A DNA stretch of 64,000 nt. It comes from Escherichia coli (GTDB taxonomy: Bacteria > Pseudomonadota > Gammaproteobacteria > Enterobacterales > Enterobacteriaceae). The translations under genes were made by a program, and so were the position numbers. The notes beneath the pieces were generated by a model. That model did no database searches. It had not been told where the DNA came from and saw nothing but the letters and a program-made list of their open reading frames with translations. Where the stretch lies: assembly GCF_030013205.1 (NCBI RefSeq), contig NZ_CP122648.1. The stretch is one strand, 5' to 3'. Shown here piece by piece: positions 45,882 to 55,850 of this stretch (within the stretch, counting starts at the first letter, position 1; every line of letters starts with the position of its first letter).

Positions 45882-46187
45882 TTACTGCGGTTCGGCAGGC
45901 GCGCCATCCTGGGTAGACTGCGCGGGAGCAGAGACGTTACCGCTGGTGGTGCGGGTGTAGAGAATTTTATGCGTATCATTAGCGCAATGCCCGACGACCT
46001 GGGAATCAGGCTGATCAACCTGGTCATTGGGTACAATACTTAACGTGAAGCTGCTTTCGGGAACGCCATTATTGATAATGCGCTGTGATATATCGCTCTG
46101 TATGCGCTCACAGGATCCCGGCGCGGCGAGTACCGCGGGTGAGGCGAGGGCGAGCAGAAGCGCGGCACAGCAGGTTGAGAGTTTCAT
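45882..46187 (-). CDS. ynfD: DUF1161 periplasmic protein YnfD
   Basis: ORF trimmed to MKLSTCCAALLLALASPAVLA... (signal peptide), about 101 aa; start may be 3 nt upstream. Confidence 0.85.
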   Translation of the reverse strand: MKLSTCCAALLLALASPAVLAAPGSCERIQSDISQRIINNGVPESSFTLSIVPNDQVDQPDSQVVGHCANDTHKILYTRTTSGNVSAPAQSTQDGAPAEPQ

Positions 46188-46294
46188 CATAAGCTCCTTA
46201 CGCGAAGATAACTTCTTTAAGCATAGCATTTAACGTGTAAAGTACTGTATTTGCTACTATGATTGAGAATCATCTCTACTCTCTGGTGACTGTT

Positions 46295-47005
46295 GTGAAA
46301 TACAAATTACTGCCATGCTTACTCGCGATATTCCTCACAGGATGTGACCGCACAGAGGTAACACTTTCATTTACCCCTGAGATGGCCAGTTTCTCTAATG
46401 AATTCGATTTTGATCCGCTGCGTGGTCCGGTAAAAGATTTCACTCAGACATTAATGGATGAGCAAGGTGAAGTGACGAAACGTGTTTCGGGGACTTTGTC
46501 GGAAGAAGGCTGTTTTGATTCACTCGAATTACTGGATCTGGAAAATAATACCGTGGTTGCCCTGGTACTGGACGCCAATTATTACCGTGATGCCCAGACA
46601 CTGGAGAAAAGAGTTCGTTTGCAGGGAAAATGCCAGCTAGCAGAATTACCTTCTGCAGGGGTGAGTTGGGAAACCGATGATAATGGCTTTGTGATTAAAG
46701 CCAGCAGCAAACAGATGCAGATGGAATATCGCTATGATGATCAGGGTTATCCGCTGGGTAAAACCACGAAAAGTAACGACAAAACATTATCTGTCAGCGC
46801 TACGCCATCAACGGATCCGATCAAAAAATTAGATTACACAGCGGTTACTTTACTGAATAATCAACGAGTTGGTAATGTAAAACAGAGCTGTGAATATGAC
46901 AGTCACGCCAATCCGGTGGACTGTCAGCTAATCATTGTTGATGAAGGAGTAAAACCCGCCGTCGAACGGGTTTACACCATCAAAAATACTATCGATTATT
47001 ATTAA
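46295..47005 (+). CDS. ynfC: UPF0257 lipoprotein YnfC
   Basis: ORF trimmed to GTG at 46295 (MKYKLLPCLLAIFLTGC, lipobox) giving 236 aa. Confidence 0.85.
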   Translation: MKYKLLPCLLAIFLTGCDRTEVTLSFTPEMASFSNEFDFDPLRGPVKDFTQTLMDEQGEVTKRVSGTLSEEGCFDSLELLDLENNTVVALVLDANYYRDAQTLEKRVRLQGKCQLAELPSAGVSWETDDNGFVIKASSKQMQMEYRYDDQGYPLGKTTKSNDKTLSVSATPSTDPIKKLDYTAVTLLNNQRVGNVKQSCEYDSHANPVDCQLIIVDEGVKPAVERVYTIKNTIDYY

Positions 47006-47007
47006 TG

Positions 47008-47568
47008 CTATTGTGCGGTCGGCTTCAGGAGAGTCTGACCCGGTGTTTTGTGCTCTGCCAGATACTGATGCTGGAATATGCACATGCGAATGGCATTCCG
47101 ATATTGACCATTAATAAAGAACTCATGCATCAATTCACCTTCAACCGTAAAGCCAAGCTTGCGGTAAATGTGAATCGCTTTTTCATTCTCTTTATCGACG
47201 ATCAGATACAGCTTATAGAGATTGAGAACGGTGAAGCCATAGTCCATTGCTAATTTTGCAGCACGGGTTGCCAGACCTTTCCCCTGATATTCCGGGGAGA
47301 TAATTATCTGAAATTCTGCGCGGCGATGAACATGGTTAATTTCCACCAGCTCCACCAGACCGGCTTTTTCGCCGTCACATTCCACCACAAAGCGCCGTTC
47401 GCTCTGATCGTGAATATGCTTATCGTACAGATCAGAGAGTTCAACAAAGGCTTCGTAGGGTTCCTCAAACCAGTAACGCATCACACTGGCGTTATTGTCG
47501 AGTTGATGTACATAGCGTAAATCTTCACGCTCCAGCGGGCGTAGCTTAACACTGTGGGCGCTTGGCAT
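47008..47568 (-). CDS. speG: spermidine N1-acetyltransferase
   Basis: 186-aa GNAT ORF recognised as SpeG. Confidence 0.95.
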   Translation of the reverse strand: MPSAHSVKLRPLEREDLRYVHQLDNNASVMRYWFEEPYEAFVELSDLYDKHIHDQSERRFVVECDGEKAGLVELVEINHVHRRAEFQIIISPEYQGKGLATRAAKLAMDYGFTVLNLYKLYLIVDKENEKAIHIYRKLGFTVEGELMHEFFINGQYRNAIRMCIFQHQYLAEHKTPGQTLLKPTAQ

Positions 47569-47602
47569 AACGTGTCCTTACATTCCTTAAATCAATAACA
47601 GG

Positions 47603-47944
47603 TTAGGGGGTAATAACGCGGCCAGTTCGACGGTCCAGGCAGCGCAAAGTATTTGGCTCCCAGTAGGCATTGATGTTGGCGCTTTGCTCACATTTATCGC
47701 GGTTATCAAAAGCGGCGTCGGCTTTATCCCACTCTTTTTCAGTGCGTTTATTCACTTTCTGACGCAGATTGCGCGTGTCATTCCATTGCTCTTTTTCCAT
47801 AGCGGCGTGCTGGCGGCTTTGTGCACTGTCGCCAGACTCAATCACCAGTTTGTTAGTTTCGGCATGAACAGTTGTGCTCAATGCCATTGCGCAAGGCAGC
47901 AGAAAAGCGAGCAGGCCAATTCGTTTGCTGAGAGTAATTTTCAT
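47603..47944 (-). CDS. ynfB: UPF0482 secreted protein YnfB
   Basis: 113-aa ORF with signal peptide; recognised as YnfB. Confidence 0.88.
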   Translation of the reverse strand: MKITLSKRIGLLAFLLPCAMALSTTVHAETNKLVIESGDSAQSRQHAAMEKEQWNDTRNLRQKVNKRTEKEWDKADAAFDNRDKCEQSANINAYWEPNTLRCLDRRTGRVITP

Positions 47945-48078
47945 AATTCATTCCCTGTATGAATGATTAAAGGTGATTCTACACCATCCACTGCGAACGC
48001 AAAACGTACCAGGAGGATGTTTATATTGATGATATTATGTCGTCCTATAACTATACATGATGTCAATAAGTGACAAAG

Positions 48079-48405
48079 ATGATTAAAACAACGTTACTAT
48101 TTTTTGCTACTGCGCTGTGTGAAATTATTGGATGCTTTCTGCCCTGGTTGTGGTTAAAACGAAACGCCAGTATCTGGCTGTTGCTTCCGGCGGGGATTTC
48201 TCTGGCACTGTTTGTCTGGTTGTTAACGTTGCATCCTGCGGCGAGTGGGCGTGTTTACGCGGCTTATGGTGGCGTTTATGTCTGCACGGCGTTGATTTGG
48301 CTGCGTGTTGTGGATGGCGTGAAACTGAGTCTTTATGACTGGACGGGGGCGTTGATTGCGCTTTGCGGCATGTTGATCATTGTTGCGGGCTGGGGGCGCG
48401 CGTAA
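48079..48405 (+). CDS. ynfA: UPF0060 membrane protein YnfA
   Basis: ORF trimmed to [19 protein letters not shown]... giving 108 aa. Confidence 0.88.
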
Positions 48406-48449
48406 GGACATAAATCCATTTTATCAATAAGATACAAGGAAGTGTCAGC

Positions 48450-48481
48450 TGACAAAAGATATTCTATTTCATCTTTTGTCA
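48450..48481. promoter_or_regulatory. 11-bp perfect inverted repeat upstream of rspA, candidate operator
   Basis: TGACAAAAGAT-N10-ATCTTTTGTCA read directly, about 130 bp upstream of the rspA start. Confidence 0.45.
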
Positions 48482-48610
48482 ACCATTCACGGCGCAAATA
48501 TACGCCTTTTTTTGTGATCACTCCGGCTTTTTTTGATCTTTATGCTTGTATGGTAGTAGCTCAGTTGCGTAGATTTCATGCATCACGACAAGCGATGCAA
48601 GGAATCGAAC

Positions 48611-49825
48611 ATGAAGATCGTAAAGGCTGAAGTTTTTGTTACCTGTCCGGGGCGTAATTTCGTCACATTAAAAATCACCACTGAGGACGGTATTACGGGC
48701 CTTGGGGATGCCACCCTCAATGGACGTGAGCTTTCCGTGGCCTCTTATTTGCAGGATCACCTTTGTCCGCAGCTTATTGGTCGCGATGCGCACCGTATCG
48801 AAGATATCTGGCAGTTTTTCTATAAAGGTGCTTACTGGCGTCGCGGTCCGGTTACGATGTCGGCCATTTCAGCGGTTGATATGGCGCTGTGGGATATTAA
48901 AGCCAAAGCTGCCAACATGCCGCTTTACCAGTTACTCGGCGGCGCGTCTCGTGAAGGGGTGATGGTTTATTGCCATACCACCGGTCACAGTATTGATGAA
49001 GCTCTGGATGATTATGCTCGTCATCAGGAGCTGGGATTCAAAGCCATCCGCGTGCAGTGCGGAATCCCTGGTATGAAAACCACCTACGGCATGTCGAAAG
49101 GTAAAGGTCTGGCTTATGAACCCGCAACCAAAGGACAGTGGCCGGAAGAGCAGCTGTGGTCGACGGAGAAATACCTCGATTTCATGCCGAAATTGTTTGA
49201 CGCGGTACGTAACAAGTTTGGTTTTAATGAACATTTGCTGCATGACATGCACCATCGCTTAACGCCTATTGAAGCGGCGCGCTTTGGTAAAAGCATTGAA
49301 GATTATCGCATGTTCTGGATGGAAGACCCGACGCCTGCGGAAAACCAGGAATGCTTCCGTCTCATTCGCCAACATACCGTCACACCCATCGCGGTGGGTG
49401 AAGTCTTCAACAGCATCTGGGACTGCAAGCAACTGATTGAAGAGCAACTTATCGATTATATCCGCACCACGCTGACCCATGCAGGCGGAATTACCGGTAT
49501 GCGCCGGATTGCCGATTTTGCTTCGTTGTATCAGGTACGTACTGGCTCACACGGTCCTTCCGATTTGTCACCAGTCTGCATGGCTGCGGCGCTGCACTTT
49601 GATCTGTGGGTCCCCAATTTCGGTGTCCAGGAGTACATGGGTTATTCCGAACAAATGCTTGAAGTCTTCCCGCACAACTGGACTTTCGATAACGGCTATA
49701 TGCATCCGGGAGACAAACCGGGTCTTGGCATCGAATTCGATGAAAAGCTGGCGGCGAAATATCCCTATGAACCTGCTTATCTGCCAGTCGCACGTCTGGA
49801 AGATGGCACGCTGTGGAACTGGTAA
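48611..49825 (+). CDS. rspA: starvation-sensing protein RspA (enolase superfamily, mannonate dehydratase-like)
   Basis: ORF trimmed to ATG at 48611 ([17 protein letters not shown]...) giving 404 aa. Confidence 0.93.
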
Positions 49826-49836
49826 GGAGTAAGATA

Positions 49837-50856
49837 ATGAAAAGCATTTTAATTGAAAAACCGAATCAACTGGCAATTATCGAACGCGAAATACCCACCC
49901 CGTCAGCGGGTGAAGTACGAGTAAAAGTGAAACTTGCCGGAATTTGTGGTTCAGATAGCCATATTTATCGTGGGCATAATCCTTTTGCGAAATATCCGCG
50001 CGTCATTGGTCATGAATTCTTTGGCGTCATTGATGCAGTGGGTGAAGGCGTGGAAAGCGCCAGAGTCGGTGAACGCGTTGCTGTCGATCCGGTGGTCAGC
50101 TGTGGGCATTGCTATCCGTGCTCTATAGGTAAGCCGAACGTTTGTACGACACTGGCTGTATTAGGTGTGCACGCTGACGGTGGTTTCAGTGAATATGCCG
50201 TGGTGCCGGCAAAAAATGCGTGGAAAATTCCTGAAGCAGTGGCCGATCAATATGCGGTGATGATCGAACCTTTTACCATTGCGGCTAACGTAACCGGACA
50301 TGGTCAACCGACTGAAAATGATACCGTTCTGGTTTACGGTGCCGGTCCAATCGGCCTGACGATCGTTCAGGTATTAAAAGGCGTCTATAACGTTAAAAAT
50401 GTGATTGTTGCCGATCGCATTGATGAACGACTGGAAAAAGCGAAAGAGAGCGGGGCAGACTGGGCGATTAATAACAGCCAGACACCGCTTGGCGAGATTT
50501 TCGCTGAAAAAGGCATCAAGCCGACATTAATTATCGATGCGGCTTGTCATCCTTCTATCCTGAAAGAGGCTGTAACGCTGGCTTCTCCGGCGGCACGTAT
50601 TGTATTGATGGGGTTCTCCAGTGAACCGTCTGAAGTGATTCAGCAAGGAATTACCGGAAAAGAACTCTCTATTTTTTCTTCACGCTTAAATGCAAATAAA
50701 TTCCCGGTCGTTATCGACTGGTTAAGTAAAGGGTTAATTAAACCAGAAAAATTAATTACCCATATGTTTGATTTCCAGCATGTTGCTGATGCCATTAGTT
50801 TATTTGAACAGGATCAAAAACATTGCTGCAAAGTCTTACTCACTTTTTCTGAATAA
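49837..50856 (+). CDS. rspB: zinc-dependent alcohol dehydrogenase-family protein RspB
   Basis: ORF trimmed to ATG at 49837 with GGAG upstream, giving 339 aa; GHEFFG / GxGxxG motifs. Confidence 0.93.
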   Translation: MKSILIEKPNQLAIIEREIPTPSAGEVRVKVKLAGICGSDSHIYRGHNPFAKYPRVIGHEFFGVIDAVGEGVESARVGERVAVDPVVSCGHCYPCSIGKPNVCTTLAVLGVHADGGFSEYAVVPAKNAWKIPEAVADQYAVMIEPFTIAANVTGHGQPTENDTVLVYGAGPIGLTIVQVLKGVYNVKNVIVADRIDERLEKAKESGADWAINNSQTPLGEIFAEKGIKPTLIIDAACHPSILKEAVTLASPAARIVLMGFSSEPSEVIQQGITGKELSIFSSRLNANKFPVVIDWLSKGLIKPEKLITHMFDFQHVADAISLFEQDQKHCCKVLLTFSE

Positions 50857-50913
50857 TACCAATAACGGCGAGTAAGTAGTACGCATCTTACCTCTTTTTT
50901 AGAGATAACCATT

Positions 50914-51024
50914 ATGACAATAGAAAAACACGAAAGAAGCACTAAGGATTTGGTGAAAGCAGCAGTATCGGGATGGCTGGGCACTGCGCTTGAATTTATG
51001 GATTTCAAGAGTCATGCGTGTTAA
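50914..51024 (+). pseudogene. ydfJ: 36-codon 5' remnant of an MFS transporter gene (ydfJ-like) cut off at the prophage junction
   Basis: Hand translation MTIEKHERSTKDLVKAAVSGWLGTALEFMDFKSHAC*; resembles an MFS N-terminus and stops just before the integrase gene. Confidence 0.5.
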
Positions 51025-51043
51025 CTATTTGATAAATATTAAA

Positions 51044-52339
51044 TTAATTTTTCATTGCTTCGTTATGGGGCATGGTTGGGGCAAACTCGCTTAACTGTGT
51101 ATTTAACAAAGCTACCTGTGCATTATTGTTTTCAGACATCCATTTTCCGTATACCTGAAATACCATTTGCGCATCTGCATGGCCCATCTGGTTTGCTATA
51201 AATGCCGGGTTAGCACCAGCTGTCAGCGACCAGCAGGCATAAGTATGTCTCGACTGATATGATTTTCGATGGCGGAGTCCGGCACGTTTTATCGCTGCGT
51301 CCCACATCTGCCTTATTGAGTCAACGGTAAAATGGTCACCATAATTTTTTACTCTCGCTGACACTTCAGGTTGAAAAACAAAGGTGCATTTTTGTTTTTC
51401 TGTTCTGCCATACTCTCTGAGGTGAACATCAATGATATGCTCTTTGCTCAGTCTCGTTAATGTCATCTGACTCCGGAGAGCGTCGATTGCTGGCTTAATA
51501 AGATGAATGACCCGATTGGTTCCCGCCTGTGTTTTTGGTACCGTGAAACGGTCTTTTGCTAAATTTCTCCTGATCATCATTGTTCCATTTTTCAGATCTA
51601 TGTCCTCCCATCCAAGTGCACACAGCTCACCAGGGCGAACTCCAGTATAAACAGAAACACACCATAAATTTTTTGCTTGCTGATTTCTGCACGCATCGAT
51701 AAGACGGATAAATTCTTCCCGCGAAAGAGGATCCGGAATGGTTCTTGATTCCTTTAATGGCGAGATCCCCTTAAACGGATTATCTGCCAGGTAACCGTTA
51801 TCAACACCAAACTGGAACACGGCGTTAAGATTTGTCATGTAATTATTTACAGTTACAGCCGATCTCCCTGGTTGTGTAACAATATAGTTACTTTTGGGGA
51901 TCTGGTATCCAGTCAGTAACTCTTTACGAACCTCCAGTAATTTTTCTTTATTAATCGATGAGGCAAGATTTTTTTCACCGATTATGCTCAGGATATTTTT
52001 GATGACGGCACGGTATGTGTTGAGTGATGTTTTGGCGACTTCAGTTTCTTTCAGTGCCAGAAATTTTTCAGCCAGTTCTTTTATGGTTAAATCTTGTCGG
52101 GCCTCACCAAATTTTTCCAGATTGCGTGAGGAGGGAAACTGTTTTGCATAGTCGAAAACACCAGTTTTTATTGCGTAACAAACAGAGGAGCGTAGTTCAC
52201 CTGCAACGCGCCTGTTTTTTGCTGTGTCAGGAACCCCCAGATTTTCCCTGACTCTTACGTCTTTATAAACAAACCAGATACGTAATTTCCCTCCATGGTT
52301 TTCCACGCCTGTCGGATATTTCATTTCAACTTCTCTCAT
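51044..52339 (-). CDS. phage tyrosine integrase
   Basis: 431-aa ORF with C-terminal R..H..R..Y catalytic-type residues (HTYACW...ANQMGHADAQMVFQVYGKW); start could be the Met 5 codons in (52324). Confidence 0.85.
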   Translation of the reverse strand: MREVEMKYPTGVENHGGKLRIWFVYKDVRVRENLGVPDTAKNRRVAGELRSSVCYAIKTGVFDYAKQFPSSRNLEKFGEARQDLTIKELAEKFLALKETEVAKTSLNTYRAVIKNILSIIGEKNLASSINKEKLLEVRKELLTGYQIPKSNYIVTQPGRSAVTVNNYMTNLNAVFQFGVDNGYLADNPFKGISPLKESRTIPDPLSREEFIRLIDACRNQQAKNLWCVSVYTGVRPGELCALGWEDIDLKNGTMMIRRNLAKDRFTVPKTQAGTNRVIHLIKPAIDALRSQMTLTRLSKEHIIDVHLREYGRTEKQKCTFVFQPEVSARVKNYGDHFTVDSIRQMWDAAIKRAGLRHRKSYQSRHTYACWSLTAGANPAFIANQMGHADAQMVFQVYGKWMSENNNAQVALLNTQLSEFAPTMPHNEAMKN

Positions 52340-52358
52340 TAGTTAGTGTGGCTTTTAG

Positions 52359-52610
52359 TCAAGTAAGATGACGTCTTGGTCTCGCTGATGCCTGGCGCTC
52401 AATCCAGCGATCAATTTCTTCCAGGTTGTAAAAGCATGGACTGTTATCCCATGGCATACCGTCATGAGCGACATGCTTATATTCCCTTCCTTCCATAAAC
52501 GATTTTTCCCGGGCCTTTTTTAACGTACCTTTTTTTATTCCTTTCAGCGCAATTAACTGCTCTTCGGATACCCATTTGCCGGGAGAGACAATCATGATTA
52601 CTTCGCTCAT
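52359..52610 (-). CDS. putative excisionase (Xis)
   Basis: 83-aa basic ORF immediately upstream of int in the same orientation; typical xis position. Confidence 0.6.
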   Translation of the reverse strand: MSEVIMIVSPGKWVSEEQLIALKGIKKGTLKKAREKSFMEGREYKHVAHDGMPWDNSPCFYNLEEIDRWIERQASARPRRHLT

Positions 52611-52682
52611 CGATTTCTTTATCTCTTACATCAGACGAGCGCCGGTTGCAGAATACCAGTCACAACCGGCGACAGTTGAACA

Positions 52683-55154
52683 TTAAGAATCAGCCTGACT
52701 CGGGATCAGTTTTTGCCAGATAACTGAAACGTATTTTGCCTGGTAACGGGCGTCATCAAGTGCATTATGGCGCTCACCTTCGAATGGAATAGCCGTTCTG
52801 GCATCGAAGTCTATGGCTTTCCCCAGCTCAACGATTGTGCGTACATCGCGATCGTTGTAGTAACGCCACGGGCAGGGGATCCCCTGCCGTTCGTATGAAC
52901 GGCGCAAAATCGTGTTGTCGAAGTTGGCTCCATTTCCCCAAACCTGAACAAAAAATTCACCGGAGTTTTCGTCGATAAATTCTCGCAATTGTAACAGTGC
53001 ATCATCTAACGGGATTTCATCGGTCATAATGGCAGATTGCGCTTCGCGTGATTGCTTAAGCCACCATTTAATGGTGTCCCGATCAATGACTCCGCCAGCA
53101 GTTTCCAGATCGATAGTCTTACTAAATTCCGGTCCCATATCTCCGGTTTGCGGATCGAAAAATATTGCACCTATTGAGATGATCGGGGCATCAGGATTTT
53201 TTCCCATGGTTTCAAGGTCGATCATTAGATGGTCACACGTCCTGCTGGTGGATGTGATTTCGTGATGACCGTTCACCTTAATTGGGTGATCTGCCGTCTC
53301 GCCAGTTTCATTATCGCTATTGTGATGCTGATTGCCGCCAGTGTTCTCCTTGTGTGGATGTTCAGCGCCTTCCATTTCCTCCGGATCATCTTCCTGAACT
53401 TCAACCTGATACTCTTCATCGAATGTTTCTTGGTATGTTGCGTCGCCCATCACCGCGCCACAATCAGGGCAGTTGCCGCCGCCGGTCTGACCGCAGGCGG
53501 TGCAGACTTTTTCCACTTCCTGTTGCGCTACTGGTTCAGGCTGTTTCGTTTCTGGCTCGTTTTGTAACGCATTTGGACTGTTTTGTTCCGCTTTTTGGTA
53601 GTTCCGTTCCGATTCATGCTGGTTCTGGTTCACAGAATCGCGGGTCTGGAGCCCCTTAACCCATTTCGGATCATTCGGGTCACTAATCCCTTCAACAAAT
53701 TCACCACGTGATGCAGCAAGCAACTTATCGGCGTCAGGCTGGCTGATATTGGCTGCCTGCATAATTTTGTTTACTTCGTCAGCGGTAACTTTTATCGGCT
53801 CTGGTTGTTCTGAATCTTCAGCGGTATCTACATTTTGCGGTAAGCCCGTGTATGTGCCATTTTTTCGGGCAAAATATTCTTCTTTTGTGATTTCAGTGGC
53901 GCCAGCAGCCAGTGCCTTATCCAGACCAGAGAGTTTGTTTGCGCGACCGTATTTTTCTCCGTCCTTATCTGCGAAGAGGAAATAGAACGGCCCCTCACGC
54001 TCTACAGATGGTTCAGCTTCCGGCGCGGTTTCATTTTTTGGGATATCAGATACCTCAGTTTCCACTGCATCAGTTTGTGTTTCTGATGACTGGAGAACAT
54101 CAACAGTGCCCAGGTCTGTTTCTTCATTCTCAAACACGCCCTTTGTCGTCAGGTATTCGCAGATATATTTGTTCAGTGCTACGGGATCTTTGTGAATGTC
54201 GATCGGACGCTCACGGACAAGGCCAAAAATAGTTTGGCGGTCGTAGCGAAGGGCATCAGGCTGTTTGCGCATTGATGCCGAGATACGCTTCCAGTCTTCG
54301 CGGTCGTTGTCGATAACTTCTTTTTTTGCCCAGCGATGGATGCTGCCGTCAATGTTTCCGGCATCCACATCACTAGGCCAGAGAGCGTAGGCCAGTTCGT
54401 CATCCAGTGTTTTCCATGTCTGCTTGTATTCGCGATGAATGGCAGCAATGACCGGGCTGATTTTTCCTGTTGAATTTTCAGTGTACTGTTGATTGGCTCT
54501 GGCGCGGGCGAGATCAACAACAGACGTGTATTTTCCGGTTTCCTTGCGTTCACCTTCGCGACGTTTTTTCCAGATGCGCATCTCTGCCTGAATTTCGGGC
54601 CATTTAGCACCAGGAATACATTTATGCTTAACCCACCCAATGGCGTGCAACTTAAGCTCCGGATACATGGCGTTAACTTCTGGCATTTTCATCAACGCTT
54701 CAACGATATGTCCGTCGAATGTTGCCATGTCTTCCTGCAACAATTCCTGTGCGCTAATAACCATATCAACGGTGATGTTTTCACATGTGTCGAACTTAAC
54801 CATGACAGCGTTCTGTACTTCAGGGGCCAGCTTGTCAAAAGTGACGTTCATCGGATCGGATTCAGTCTCAACCGGGACAAAAGAAGCAGACTCCTCATCC
54901 CAGCGGTTTTCCTGCATATATTCAGCATCCCATGAATCGAGGGCAGGGCGGGGTATGCCAGGTTTATCCTCGCAGACAATAAATTTATAAGCGCAGTCCT
55001 GAGCAGCCGGATAATGTTCCAGGAATTGCCAGTGAAATTTTGCTCGAGCACGGCGTTCGTCGCCAGCTTCAATGGCTGTGGCTACAGCCACAGCGCCTTC
55101 TTCCCTTGTTGCCAGTTCGTCAGGAATAGCGGCGCAAATAAAGACTTTACTCAT
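52683..55154 (-). CDS. prophage exonuclease, C-terminal DEDDh (DnaQ-like) 3'-5' exonuclease domain
   Basis: ORF track start at 55190 is TTG; ATG at 55152-55154 has GAGG upstream and gives about 823 aa; motifs IDLETMG, WGNGANFD, HNALDDARYQAKY; central CTACGQTGGGNCPDCG. Confidence 0.75.
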   Translation of the reverse strand: MSKVFICAAIPDELATREEGAVAVATAIEAGDERRARAKFHWQFLEHYPAAQDCAYKFIVCEDKPGIPRPALDSWDAEYMQENRWDEESASFVPVETESDPMNVTFDKLAPEVQNAVMVKFDTCENITVDMVISAQELLQEDMATFDGHIVEALMKMPEVNAMYPELKLHAIGWVKHKCIPGAKWPEIQAEMRIWKKRREGERKETGKYTSVVDLARARANQQYTENSTGKISPVIAAIHREYKQTWKTLDDELAYALWPSDVDAGNIDGSIHRWAKKEVIDNDREDWKRISASMRKQPDALRYDRQTIFGLVRERPIDIHKDPVALNKYICEYLTTKGVFENEETDLGTVDVLQSSETQTDAVETEVSDIPKNETAPEAEPSVEREGPFYFLFADKDGEKYGRANKLSGLDKALAAGATEITKEEYFARKNGTYTGLPQNVDTAEDSEQPEPIKVTADEVNKIMQAANISQPDADKLLAASRGEFVEGISDPNDPKWVKGLQTRDSVNQNQHESERNYQKAEQNSPNALQNEPETKQPEPVAQQEVEKVCTACGQTGGGNCPDCGAVMGDATYQETFDEEYQVEVQEDDPEEMEGAEHPHKENTGGNQHHNSDNETGETADHPIKVNGHHEITSTSRTCDHLMIDLETMGKNPDAPIISIGAIFFDPQTGDMGPEFSKTIDLETAGGVIDRDTIKWWLKQSREAQSAIMTDEIPLDDALLQLREFIDENSGEFFVQVWGNGANFDNTILRRSYERQGIPCPWRYYNDRDVRTIVELGKAIDFDARTAIPFEGERHNALDDARYQAKYVSVIWQKLIPSQADS

Positions 55155-55246
55155 TTGTTTTAACCTCATGACAGATTTAAGGATGAACAAATCCCTGCCA
55201 TTGCTGGCATATAAGAATGAAACCGGATATTTATTACGGAACTGTT

Positions 55247-55438
55247 TTAAAGACCTGCCGGGATTTCGATATTATCCTGGTGAATAACTTTATCGACCGG
55301 GTAACAGTTACCGGGAATTTTCTGTTCGGTTGCTGCAGTCATACACTCCTGCATTGTCCAGTGAACACTGACTGCAATATCAACTGGCTCTCCGGAAACA
55401 AGAAAAACTGTCAGAACAAGCACAAATGCTGAATTCAT
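55247..55438 (-). CDS. ydfD: Qin prophage small protein YdfD
   Basis: ORF trimmed to MNSAFVLVLTVFLVSG... (63 aa); ATG overlaps the dicB stop (ATGA). Confidence 0.8.
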   Translation of the reverse strand: MNSAFVLVLTVFLVSGEPVDIAVSVHWTMQECMTAATEQKIPGNCYPVDKVIHQDNIEIPAGL

Positions 55439-55623
55439 TGTGCACATCCTTTTGGCATCAGACGTAAACGAGCCAGCATTGAAACAATGCATATTTTATT
55501 TAATAGCTCCCGTTCTTGTTTTCTCTTGTTAATGGCATCTTCAGTAAATACTGGGTTACTGATAGTGACACCAATTTCAAAACAACCTTCAGACGTATTA
55601 ACGTTTGGTAATAACGTTTTCAT
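55435..55623 (-). CDS. dicB: cell division inhibitor DicB
   Basis: ORF trimmed to 62 aa MKTLLPNVNTSEGCFEIGVTISNPVF...; recognised as DicB. Confidence 0.9.
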   Translation of the reverse strand: MKTLLPNVNTSEGCFEIGVTISNPVFTEDAINKRKQERELLNKICIVSMLARLRLMPKGCAQ

Positions 55624-55797
55624 TATCGCGTCCTCAACAATGAATTTTGTGATGCAGTGCCTGGTGCCTCCAGGTGACGTTAACCAGTTAACAATTAACG
55701 CCGGATACAGAGAATCCACCCATAACACTGTTTTTGGTTTTAACTGTTCCGCGTGCGCTCAGCCGCATTCACCACATCACAAAATTCACTTTAAAAA

Positions 55798-55850
55798 GGG
55801 CAGCAGAGCAGTCACGGAGTAAAACTGATACCGCCAAACGTCACCAGAAA
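55798..55850 (-). ncRNA. dicF: DicF small regulatory RNA
   Basis: Minus strand reads UUUCUGGUGACGUUUGGCGGUAUCAGUUUUACUCCGUGACUGCUCUGCUGCCC followed by UUUUU; matches remembered DicF; sits between ydfC and dicB. Confidence 0.85.

Noticed and set aside
53029-53659. Several 78-125-codon plus-strand ORFs inside the exonuclease gene
   Set aside because: Antisense to a long ORF with clear nuclease motifs; compositionally biased (Arg/Cys/Leu-rich).
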